Of a DNA stretch of 55,003 nucleotides, positions 1-7,726 are shown piece after piece (position 1 is the stretch's first letter; each line of letters begins with the position of its first letter). Made by a program: the position numbers and the translations under genes. The stretch covers positions 1 through 55,003 of IMG/VR virus record IMGVR_UViG_3300049489_001135, one strand, 5' to 3'. Under the pieces are notes generated by a model that saw nothing but the letters and a program-made list of their open reading frames with translations, ran no database searches and was not told where the DNA came from. The stretch comes from a virus (lineage: Duplodnaviria; Caudoviricetes).

Positions 1-153
1 GAGGGCGGCGTGGAAGCCTTGTTGAAAATCAGTTTCAGCAAGATTATATGGAATCCAATCTTCAGCATCAATTGCCTCTCCAGGATACTTCTTATCGGCA
101 TAATTCTCTGCCAACTCCTCACACTTCTCCTCAATCTCTTTGCGCGTGGTCAT
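1..153 (-). CDS. partial small hypothetical protein (MTTRKEIEEKCEELAENY...GFHAAL), runs off the window start
   Basis: Hand translation; ATG at 153 preceded by GAGGAG; frame open to base 1. Confidence 0.6.
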   Translation of the reverse strand, partial: MTTRKEIEEKCEELAENYADKKYPGEAIDAEDWIPYNLAETDFQQGFHAAL

Positions 154-372
154 AGCACTCCTCATATTTTACAGACAAATAAAAAGCGAATCTCCAGAAT
201 CTAACCATCTTATAGGTATAGTTACCTGAATGTGATTCATAAAATACTAAAGCAAAGCTCATCGCTCGACTCCTCTGCGCGTGGTCATTTGCCTCTCCAT
301 TCCCACATGCACATACCAATGTATATGCCGCCAAATAGTGTTGCTATTATCATTAGCCATTGTACTAGCAAC

Positions 373-618
373 TCACTCATCGCTCGGGCCTTTCTGGGTT
401 TTATTAAAAGGTATATGTTCAATTTTTATACATCCTGTTCCATAGGTGATTGCGTCTAATTGTGCTTTCATCATTTCGCTTAAAAATTTTGCATATACAT
501 ATTCATTTTTTGGTTCAACTTTTTTGCTTAAAAATACTAAAAATCTTGCTAATTGTTTTCTTAACTGAAACCATTTAGGATTTTTTGTTACCTCTATTTC
601 AAACATAAAATCTCCCAT
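373..618 (-). CDS. hypothetical protein
   Basis: In tightly packed - strand gene run; promoter directly upstream. Confidence 0.6.
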   Translation of the reverse strand: MGDFMFEIEVTKNPKWFQLRKQLARFLVFLSKKVEPKNEYVYAKFLSEMMKAQLDAITYGTGCIKIEHIPFNKTQKGPSDE

Positions 619-625
619 CTGCTAC

Positions 626-654
626 AGTATATTGCAATTAAAGTGCCTAGTCAA
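626..654 (-). promoter_or_regulatory. sigma70-type promoter with a sigma54-like motif in its spacer
   Basis: TTGACT-17 bp-TATACT; spacer contains AGGCACTTTAATTGCA (633-648). Confidence 0.6.
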
Positions 655-859
655 TAGCACCAGAATGCCAATCACGAGGTTTTGGCTGTTCAAGATTTAA
701 GGGCATGCCTAAAGATTGTACATAATTTTCAAATGCAATTAAAGTGCAACTTATTGGAAATACGTGGCTGTCCAACGCGGTATTAGTGGTAGTTTTTACC
801 AAATATAAAGCATTATCATATATTTTTTGCAGAGCAATTTCATCTAGTTTTATATGCAT
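647..859 (-). CDS. hypothetical protein
   Basis: Abuts neighbours in the - strand run. Confidence 0.6.
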   Translation of the reverse strand: MHIKLDEIALQKIYDNALYLVKTTTNTALDSHVFPISCTLIAFENYVQSLGMPLNLEQPKPRDWHSGAID

Positions 860-860
860 G

Positions 861-1322
861 TTATTTGCCTTTATTGGGCGTAGAGTGTAGCACGGAAACC
901 GGGGTCAACGCGGAGCGCGGTATTTTTCGACCCACAGTGGTCCATCTAGAGTTTTTAATTTCAACAAGCGACGGATTATTTACCAAAATATATGTCTGTA
1001 GTTCATACAGCAAATCGTGCACATTAAATACATAAGCTATGCCAGGATTTTGAAAGTAATATACAAACCACTCACAGCCGTCTTGTTCTGCTTTGTAAGG
1101 GCCGCCTAATTTGCCAGATTCTATATCGCCTAAATATTCGATAAAAAAATTACTAGTTTTTGAATGGTCATAGCGGTCGCATTTTATTTCTACAAGCTCT
1201 CCATTAGGTAGCACGGCATCAGCACCTTTGCCGTTTAACAACACTAATTCGGGCCACAATTTTTGCACGGCAGCTTCGCCAGATTTACCGGCTTCTAAAT
1301 CACGCTTAAAATTTGGTTTCAC
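861..1322 (-). CDS. PD-(D/E)XK superfamily nuclease-like protein
   Basis: GKSGE...ADAV...VEIKCD...NFFIEY pattern typical of small phage restriction-fold nucleases. Confidence 0.65.
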   Translation of the reverse strand: MKPNFKRDLEAGKSGEAAVQKLWPELVLLNGKGADAVLPNGELVEIKCDRYDHSKTSNFFIEYLGDIESGKLGGPYKAEQDGCEWFVYYFQNPGIAYVFNVHDLLYELQTYILVNNPSLVEIKNSRWTTVGRKIPRSALTPVSVLHSTPNKGK

Positions 1323-1576
1323 TTTTTTCTCCCTGGAGTGCTAGGCACATGCTCTATTGATAATATTAATCTGTAACAAAATAAATCTAATTCTAAAAAT
1401 ACTCCGCAAACGTGATAATAGTCTTTTTTACGCCGCACCAATGCTTTAAAAGTATTGCCATATATTCCAAGCCAGCGATTATTTTCTATACCGTCTTTAT
1501 AGCACAATGCCTCAAAAGATAGGCCATGTGAAAGATTAAGTTTATGATACATCAAAACTCTCCGATAACATGCCAA
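1319..1576 (-). CDS. hypothetical protein
   Basis: Overlaps neighbours; true start probably the internal Met. Confidence 0.5.
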   Translation of the reverse strand: MACYRRVLMYHKLNLSHGLSFEALCYKDGIENNRWLGIYGNTFKALVRRKKDYYHVCGVFLELDLFCYRLILSIEHVPSTPGRKK

Positions 1577-1833
1577 TCAGAATTTTTTTCTACAACGCCT
1601 TCGCGCTCTACGTATCCTATGCGTCTAGCCGTGCCAGTATCAAGTCCAAGCAATCCTGAGTGGCCGCCCTCATATTCTTCGTAGTCATCTGTTGCAATAT
1701 AACGCACAAAAGGAATTAAGTTGGTTATTGCGACTAAATTCCAACCTTCGGAGCTAATACCTAGTTCATCAGTATATATGTTGTACATAATAAGCAGCGG
1801 CACATCTGGAGTATCTCTAATAAATATGCTCAT
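1552..1833 (-). CDS. hypothetical protein
   Basis: Tightly packed ORF. Confidence 0.55.
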   Translation of the reverse strand: MSIFIRDTPDVPLLIMYNIYTDELGISSEGWNLVAITNLIPFVRYIATDDYEEYEGGHSGLLGLDTGTARRIGYVEREGVVEKNSDWHVIGEF

Positions 1834-1834
1834 A

Positions 1835-2029
1835 TTATCTGGCGTTCCTTTCTAAGCTTAGCTCTTGTAAGCAACGTATTGCTACAATAAAACTTTTGTC
1901 ATTAGCACGGTCCATGATTTTGTGAATCTTAAACATGCCATGTAGCGCAATGAATTGCAAGATAATTAGCACGGCTAGTCCCAATATGAGACAATTTTTA
2001 GCAGATTTAAAAAACTGTAGAATTTGCAT
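1835..2029 (-). CDS. small membrane protein
   Basis: One hydrophobic segment CLILGLAVLIILQFIAL. Confidence 0.6.
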   Translation of the reverse strand: MQILQFFKSAKNCLILGLAVLIILQFIALHGMFKIHKIMDRANDKSFIVAIRCLQELSLERNAR

Positions 2030-2030
2030 A

Positions 2031-2576
2031 TCAATCCTTATGTTTAATAGTAAAGGTCCATTCTAACTCAAATAGACCGTTTTTGGAAATTAAATTTTTA
2101 GGTACTGGCAGCAAGTGGCAGGTCCAGAGAGTATCTATAGCAACTTGTTTAAGCTTTTGTGAACAATTATTTTGCACAGTTACAATGCTGATAATTGTGC
2201 CGTTTGGTAGTGCGTCTATATTTAGCACGGTGCTACAAGCTTTTACAGGAAGCCGGGCTCGGTCAATATTTGAGTGCCAGTTTGGGTCAATATGGGCATG
2301 TAGTCGTTCAATGAAATGCAGGGCCGTTAAGGTTGTGCCTAGGTCGCGTTTTTGTTTAAGGTAGTCGGGGCTACCTACTCGAGGGCCGCTTGCCGGATTT
2401 AAGTTTAGCTTCTTGCCAGCAGGTTTTTTGGTTTTCTTTTTGTCCCCGGTGCTATAATTTATTGCAATCGGCTGCAACTGTCTTGCATTCTTCCGCGTAC
2501 CAAAGCTATACAACGCAGCACCGTGTAGCAGCGAAGAAAAAAGAAGACAAAAAACCACGCGCCGATTAGTCGCCAA
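2031..2576 (-). CDS. TonB/TolA-like energy-transducer family protein
   Basis: N-terminal TM helix with SxxxH (FSSLLHG), Lys/Pro linker, C-terminal TonB_C-like pattern (IDALPNGTI...VAIDTL...LPVPKNL...EWTF). Confidence 0.65.
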   Translation of the reverse strand: MATNRRVVFCLLFSSLLHGAALYSFGTRKNARQLQPIAINYSTGDKKKTKKPAGKKLNLNPASGPRVGSPDYLKQKRDLGTTLTALHFIERLHAHIDPNWHSNIDRARLPVKACSTVLNIDALPNGTIISIVTVQNNCSQKLKQVAIDTLWTCHLLPVPKNLISKNGLFELEWTFTIKHKD

Positions 2577-2627
2577 CTACTACCCATAAAGCTATAATTA
2601 TTAAACAGATTACAAATACCATGCCTT

Positions 2628-2657
2628 AAGCATACTTTAGTTGCCTACTTCTTGCAA
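2628..2657 (-). promoter_or_regulatory. sigma70-type promoter for the TonB-like gene
   Basis: TTGCAA-17 bp-TATGCT; opposite strand reads TTGCCTACTTCTTGCA, a degenerate sigma54-like motif. Confidence 0.55.
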
Positions 2658-2659
2658 GC

Positions 2660-3370
2660 TTAATGACTGTCTTCTCGCATAAAATCTGGAAAGTTTTCTG
2701 ACCACCAGCCCGGGTCTAACCGTAGTCCATTGGGCAGCTCAACTGGCATACCGCGTACCATGGATTCGTCGGCCAATTGATGCTTAGTATAATCAGGATG
2801 TAGCATGCCGTTTGCATGTGACTTATTCCAAGCCAGCATGTCGTTCGATAGCTTTTGTATGTGGTAGTATAGCCAGTATAGGCTTTTTCGCAATTTATAT
2901 TTTTGCCGACACCCGGCATGAATCTCGCGATACGTTTTGCCCTCATTTAGCCGGGCCAATATATAGGCGTCCATTCTGCGGCTTTTAAATTGATAATGCG
3001 TAAGGTAATTTTGAAGCAGGCGAAAAAACTGGGCACGGCTTGGGCTCCAAGGTTTGCCTTTAGCCATACTACCTCGCAAGTGGTCTGAGTTCTGACCAAG
3101 GCCGGTTTTATGGTCTACCCATTCAATATCTTTGAAGCCCATTTTGGCTAATTTATCGTACCATTTTTTTTGCAATTTGGTAAATTTTGAAGGGTCGGTT
3201 TTTGTAGCAGCGGGGATGGGGAGGCCAGCGGCGCGAAGCTTTTTCTTGGTTATTTTTCTTTGCCGTTTTTTGGTATTCTTTGTTAGCCCGCCCTGCTTAT
3301 ATTGCTTATGGGGACCGTTTATATTTGAGGAAAATTTTTTGGTGGGGGGTGCCTTCTTTTTTTGTGCCAC
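2660..3370 (-). CDS. basic protein with probable helix-turn-helix; candidate transcription regulator
   Basis: Lys-rich N-terminus; ILARLNEGKTYREIH...SLYWLYYHI resembles a sigma region 4/LuxR-type HTH; RBS AAGGA; first gene of the leftward arm. Confidence 0.5.
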   Translation of the reverse strand: MAQKKKAPPTKKFSSNINGPHKQYKQGGLTKNTKKRQRKITKKKLRAAGLPIPAATKTDPSKFTKLQKKWYDKLAKMGFKDIEWVDHKTGLGQNSDHLRGSMAKGKPWSPSRAQFFRLLQNYLTHYQFKSRRMDAYILARLNEGKTYREIHAGCRQKYKLRKSLYWLYYHIQKLSNDMLAWNKSHANGMLHPDYTKHQLADESMVRGMPVELPNGLRLDPGWWSENFPDFMREDSH

Positions 3371-3415
3371 TATTAGGTCCTTTTTTTAGACCCCCGGGGT
3401 ATCGAGGGCTTTATT

Positions 3416-3803
3416 AGCATTCTCCATGCCAAATTTTTGCGGGTTTTTTTTCTGGCCGTGCAATTTCCGTGCCATATTAGGCAACCGGGGTGGCATATTT
3501 CTTGCATACATCTGCATAAAATAGGCCAAAAATCTCGCATACTTATTGCATTTTTATGCAAAAAACATGCCACGCGTATATATTATAATCATTTGGCACG
3601 AATATTGCAAGACAATTTGCCTACTTTCTGCATATGATTTGCCATCGATTTGCTCATTCCACGGCACGCCACGAACGCAAAATGCAGGAAATAGGCAGGC
3701 AAATGGCCGAAAATCGGCAAAATCGCGCCGAGTTAACAGATTTTGGGTAGTTTGGGGCATTTTTCTGGCATTTTTTGGCAGAATGGGTGGCAGGGGGAAT
3801 GCA
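3416..3803. promoter_or_regulatory. array of sigma54 (RpoN) -24/-12 motifs on both strands
   Basis: Eight TGGC-N8-TGC copies: 3416-3431(-), 3459-3474(-), 3491-3506(+), 3513-3528(-), 3557-3572(-), 3594-3609(+), 3629-3644(-), 3788-3803(+), plus degenerate copies. Confidence 0.75.
3582..3610 (-). promoter_or_regulatory. sigma70-type leftward promoter
   Basis: TTGCAA-17 bp-TATAAT, overlapped on the opposite strand by TGGCACGAATATTGCA. Confidence 0.6.
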
Positions 3804-3895
3804 AGGTGGCTTGACGCTCTTTTTCACGTCTATATATAAATAAATTTTTGTAGCACATGGATTAAAATGAGACAAAAATATTTTTGCAAATTTGT

Positions 3896-3922
3896 TTAAG
3901 TTTTTTTTGCATGGTCCGATAA
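3896..3922 (+). promoter_or_regulatory. sigma28 (FliA)-like promoter
   Basis: TTAAGTTT-11 bp-TCCGATAA versus consensus TAAAGTTT-N11-GCCGATAA; 40 bp upstream of the first rightward ATG. Confidence 0.5.
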
Positions 3923-3961
3923 GTATGTATAAGCCAATTAAGGCAGAAACTAGGAGTAAAT

Positions 3962-4078
3962 ATGTTTCAAATATTATGTGGTATGGTTTGTAGTATAGTG
4001 GTAATAGCATTTATGTACTCTCAAGGCGATTTTGCCGAGCGAAAAAATCGCAAAATTTCTAGCCGAGATAATGAGTAA
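3962..4078 (+). CDS. 38-aa membrane micro-protein, first rightward gene (absent from the ORF track)
   Basis: MFQILCGMVCSIVVIAFMYSQGDFAERKNRKISSRDNE; strong RBS TAGGAG. Confidence 0.6.
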   Translation: MFQILCGMVCSIVVIAFMYSQGDFAERKNRKISSRDNE

Positions 4079-4081
4079 ATT

Positions 4082-4279
4082 ATGGACAATATTAAAAGTA
4101 TGTTCCAAAAATTTATAGCAGATTTAGAGCAAAGACTGAATGCAGACGATGCGCCGTGGGCACGTGGCTATTTTAGAGGGCAGATTGATGCTTATAAAGT
4201 AGCTTTAATGCTTATAGATACAGAAATTTTGCTTAAGTCTGTAGCAGAAAAATCCGAAGAGATTAATAACAAGGAGTAA
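4082..4279 (+). CDS. hypothetical early protein
   Basis: Packed + strand run. Confidence 0.65.
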   Translation: MDNIKSMFQKFIADLEQRLNADDAPWARGYFRGQIDAYKVALMLIDTEILLKSVAEKSEEINNKE

Positions 4280-4282
4280 ATT

Positions 4283-4519
4283 ATGGTTTATAGAACTAAG
4301 TTTCAAGGTGAGCAGGTAGAAATTGAATATGGTATCGACTCATATGGTGAATTTTACGTTGAGGGAGCATGGTACGTGCCGAGTGAAGTACAATTGGATG
4401 CCTTAGAGCAGCACGAAATTGTAGCTCAATGTAAAGCAGGTATGATTGAAAAACTTGGGTGGCAATTTAGCACACCTGATGCTAAATCGGATGCTTATTA
4501 CAGCAAAAATAGGGAATAG
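4283..4519 (+). CDS. hypothetical acidic early protein
   Basis: RBS AAGGAG. Confidence 0.7.
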   Translation: MVYRTKFQGEQVEIEYGIDSYGEFYVEGAWYVPSEVQLDALEQHEIVAQCKAGMIEKLGWQFSTPDAKSDAYYSKNRE

Positions 4520-4521
4520 CC

Positions 4522-4674
4522 ATGAAAAAATATTTAGTAGCTAAATTAAGTGCTAAACAGGTGGAAACTATTAAACAACTTAAAGGCTTAATAGTCTCAA
4601 AAGGAGACAGCAATTTGATAGAAGTTTACTTGCCGACTAAACATGTTAAACTATTTGTAGTAAAGGGGAACTAA
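4522..4674 (+). CDS. 50-aa hypothetical protein (absent from the ORF track)
   Basis: MKKYLVAKLSAKQVETIK...VKGN exactly fills the gap; AGGGA upstream. Confidence 0.6.
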   Translation: MKKYLVAKLSAKQVETIKQLKGLIVSKGDSNLIEVYLPTKHVKLFVVKGN

Positions 4675-4677
4675 ATT

Positions 4678-4935
4678 ATGCGCAAAAGATTTTATTTAGA
4701 AATTCAAACTAGTGGTGATGAAGTTTCGGGCTTTGAAGACAGATATAATTGGTTAAATTATGATACTATTGTAGCCGAGGGGAATACGCTTGAAGAGTGT
4801 TTAGAAGATGCAACAGTATTCACCATGGACCAAGACGGCGGTGAGGGTCCTCAAATTGAGGGCGATGCAGATTGGGTGCAGGAATTAGTAGTAGATGCAT
4901 TTATAACTAAACTTTTAAAACAAAAGGTAGGCTAA
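4678..4935 (+). CDS. hypothetical acidic protein
   Basis: RBS AAGGGG; Asp/Glu-rich. Confidence 0.7.
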   Translation: MRKRFYLEIQTSGDEVSGFEDRYNWLNYDTIVAEGNTLEECLEDATVFTMDQDGGEGPQIEGDADWVQELVVDAFITKLLKQKVG

Positions 4936-4938
4936 TTT

Positions 4939-5421
4939 ATGGGTTACACACATTATTGGTCTTTTGAGGCACCTAAGCGTGGCACTGCGCAGGTAGTTGA
5001 AAAAAATTATCAGCGTGCTATAAAACAGTGCAATAAAATTATCAAGCATTATGCAGCGCAGCACGGTGGGCTATCTGGCTATTCAGCGCACGCCAAAGGC
5101 TACGGTGGATTGCATGTTAATGGTAGCCGTGAAAATGCCCATGAGGATTTTATCGTTCGGGAACATTTTTCTCAAAATGATACAGGCGATTTTTGTAAAA
5201 CCGCTCAAAAGCCTTACGATGTAGTAGTAGTAGCGTGCCTAATAGTATTAAAGCATTATTTGCCAGATAATATTCAGGTAGACAGCGATGGTGAAAAATC
5301 AGACTGGATTAATGGGCTAGAACTGGCACGTAAAGTATTAAAGCTAAAATCATTGCAAATACCTGTATCAATACGAGGCAATGCGTTGAAATTAGTTGGC
5401 TATATTTTTGAGGCGGTTTAA
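4939..5421 (+). CDS. conserved phage hypothetical protein
   Basis: MGYTHYW...HEDF...FCKTAQKPYD...SDG pattern that I recognise from phage early regions. Confidence 0.7.
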   Translation: MGYTHYWSFEAPKRGTAQVVEKNYQRAIKQCNKIIKHYAAQHGGLSGYSAHAKGYGGLHVNGSRENAHEDFIVREHFSQNDTGDFCKTAQKPYDVVVVACLIVLKHYLPDNIQVDSDGEKSDWINGLELARKVLKLKSLQIPVSIRGNALKLVGYIFEAV

Positions 5422-5469
5422 TATTAACTTATAGGCATGCAATACCGTATGCCTAGAATGGGGGAAATT

Positions 5470-6276
5470 ATGAGTCAATTAGCAATAAAGAATCCAATTT
5501 TAGCAACTAATGCGGCGCCAACAATGAGCCAAAAGTATGGGTTTGTTAATTCTGCAGCAGTACTAGACGTGTTTAAAGCTCAAGGCTGGATTGAGTCTCA
5601 AACTATTTACTCAAAAGTGCTTAAAGCAGATAAAGCAGGGTTTCAAAAGCATATGGTATGGTTAAAAAATCCTAATTTGCCTTTAGTGCACGGTCTCAGT
5701 AAATCTAACCAAACTGAAGTGCAACTATGTTTAGTAAATAGTCACGACGGCACGTCTAGAATGAGCATTTTTCTAGGCTTAATGCGTGCAGCGTGCTTAA
5801 ATCAATTAATTGGTGGAACAATTTTTAAGTATTTCCATGCAGTGCATAGCCAAAATGTAGTTCAGCGATTGCCTCAAGGCATTGATTATGTAGTTCAAGG
5901 CATTCCAGAATTGATTGGTAGCATTCAAGATTTACAGCAAAAAACTTTAAACCTAGACCAAAGGATTGAATTAGCCTCTAAAGTGCTACCTTTACGCTTT
6001 GAAAATGTTAAAAATTTAATTGATTTTGATTTGCGTATTGTTGAGCAATCTTTAAGGACTCAAGACGACGCTCAAGATGCGTATACCGTGCTAAATAGAT
6101 TGCAAGAATATTTGATTAGAGGTGGTATTCCTTTTAGCTACATTAAGCACGTTAAAGATTTAAAGGGCAATATTATCGGTCAACAAACCGTAAATACTAG
6201 AACTAAAAAAATTGCATCAATTTCTAGGCAAATTGAGCTAAATCAGGCATTATTTAATGCAGTAAAGGTGGCTTAA
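5470..6276 (+). CDS. DUF932/DUF945 family protein
   Basis: SQKYGF...KHMV...LVNSHDGTS...GLMRAACLNQL...NRLQEYLIRGG...LNQALF; start moved to the Met at 5470 after GGGGA. Confidence 0.8.
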   Translation: MSQLAIKNPILATNAAPTMSQKYGFVNSAAVLDVFKAQGWIESQTIYSKVLKADKAGFQKHMVWLKNPNLPLVHGLSKSNQTEVQLCLVNSHDGTSRMSIFLGLMRAACLNQLIGGTIFKYFHAVHSQNVVQRLPQGIDYVVQGIPELIGSIQDLQQKTLNLDQRIELASKVLPLRFENVKNLIDFDLRIVEQSLRTQDDAQDAYTVLNRLQEYLIRGGIPFSYIKHVKDLKGNIIGQQTVNTRTKKIASISRQIELNQALFNAVKVA

Positions 6277-6278
6277 TT

Positions 6279-7100
6279 ATGAACACGTTAATCAAAAACC
6301 AAAAACGGCGTATTGAGGCACTTAGAAATTTTAGCACGTTGTCTGAAAAACAGCGTGCAAATTTGCTTAAAAAATTGCAATCAAACAATTTATTGACTCC
6401 AGATTTTGCAAATACTAAAACTGCAAAAAACATGGGCTTTGGTTATCTAAGCATGATTTTGCATTTAGCACCTAGCAATTTGAGTGGCTACAATACGTGC
6501 CCCGCTGCCAGTGCTGGCTGTAAAGCTGCATGCTTAAACACTGCAGGCCGTGGGCGCTTTGAGTCAATTCAACTAGCACGTATTCAAAAAACTTTATATT
6601 TTGTTAAAGCACGCGAAATTTTTATGCATCAATTGTTTAGCGAGTTGCAGGCATTGGAGCGCCGTGCTGCCAAAGCAGGTCTTAAGGCAGTGGTCCGATT
6701 AAATGGCACCAGTGATTTACCGTGGGAAAATTTGCGACTCGATGGGTTAAATGTGTTTGAAAAATTTCCTAACATTCAATTTTACGACTACACAAAGGTC
6801 CTTAAGCGCATAGAATATTTTGCAAAAAATCCAATTGCAAATTATGATTTAACGTTTAGCGCCGCAGAGGACAACGAGGCCAATTGGCGTGCTGCTTTAA
6901 GCCTTGGATTTAATGTAGCAATGGTATTCATTGCAATACCAGAACAATATTTTGGTATTAAGACAATAAACGGCGATGCGCATGATTTAAGATTTACAGA
7001 TTTAAAGGGCGGCTACATTGTGGCGCTCAAGGCCAAAGGTCAAGCGAAAAAAGATGTATCTGGCTTTGTTAAACATATTTATGCAATAAAGGCAGCCTAG
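6279..7100 (+). CDS. GP88 family protein (radical-SAM-like Cys cluster)
   Basis: LAP...CPAASAGCKAACLNTAGRG, RLNGTSD, QFYDYTK, LTFS, NGDAHDLRF, LKAKG. Confidence 0.8.
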   Translation: MNTLIKNQKRRIEALRNFSTLSEKQRANLLKKLQSNNLLTPDFANTKTAKNMGFGYLSMILHLAPSNLSGYNTCPAASAGCKAACLNTAGRGRFESIQLARIQKTLYFVKAREIFMHQLFSELQALERRAAKAGLKAVVRLNGTSDLPWENLRLDGLNVFEKFPNIQFYDYTKVLKRIEYFAKNPIANYDLTFSAAEDNEANWRAALSLGFNVAMVFIAIPEQYFGIKTINGDAHDLRFTDLKGGYIVALKAKGQAKKDVSGFVKHIYAIKAA

Positions 7101-7101
7101 C

Positions 7102-7275
7102 ATGCAACAATATATCTTTATACATAGGCGCCTAGGCTATCGATTTGCAGTAGAGGCATTAAACTTTTATCATGCAGTAGACTTATTGCAGTCAATATTG
7201 GGTGCTGAAAAATATTGGATTGCAGACTATATTTGCCTATCTGGTGGTATAGAGGTGGGCTATAAAGCGGCCTAA
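7102..7275 (+). CDS. 57-aa hypothetical protein (absent from the ORF track)
   Basis: MQQYIFIHRRLGY...GYKAA, starts just after the upstream stop. Confidence 0.5.
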   Translation: MQQYIFIHRRLGYRFAVEALNFYHAVDLLQSILGAEKYWIADYICLSGGIEVGYKAA

Positions 7276-7297
7276 TTTAATCAAAAAAACTATTCTA

Positions 7298-7726
7298 GTG
7301 GCCGGATTGCTTAATTGTAGTCCGGTTTTTGGCATTTGCACGCCTACAGATTCAATGCTTAAAATTTTGCATAATGGTGCTACAAAGCACGGTATAGAGC
7401 CCTCATTAGTGGTTGCAATTGCTAATGTTGAGTCTTGCTTTGGCAAATATAAGCACAATAAACATTCGCATGATTTTGGTTTAATGCAGATTAACCGCAG
7501 AAATTTGGCATCTATTGGACTATCAGAGCATGAGGCATTGCACAATGATAGCAGAAATTTGCACGCGGCGTTGACCATGCTACAAAAATTGCAACGTCAA
7601 GGCTTAAGGCGTGGCGTGCCGTGGCAGTGTCGCTATAACATAGGCAACCAGACTTCGAATGCAGCTTTAAAAGCCTGCAATTCCTATTTAAGCAAATTAA
7701 AAAATGCTGGATGGAACGAACAATAA
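7298..7726 (+). CDS. lytic transglycosylase (SLT domain)
   Basis: AIANVES (catalytic Glu), DFGLMQIN, RYNIG; frame is open further upstream and gives a signal-peptide-like stretch. Confidence 0.85.
   Translation: MAGLLNCSPVFGICTPTDSMLKILHNGATKHGIEPSLVVAIANVESCFGKYKHNKHSHDFGLMQINRRNLASIGLSEHEALHNDSRNLHAALTMLQKLQRQGLRRGVPWQCRYNIGNQTSNAALKACNSYLSKLKNAGWNEQ

Noticed and set aside
3416-3803. Possible CRISPR array or iteron set
   Set aside because: Units are short bipartite motifs on both strands with irregular spacing, not identical direct repeats with spacers; no cas genes
3373-4010. Listed ORFs 3373-3573, 3437-3637, 3546-3839, 3554-3760 and 3654-4010
   Set aside because: Mutually overlapping, no convincing RBS, and odd Cys/Trp/His-rich translations that follow from the TGGCA/TGCA motif array
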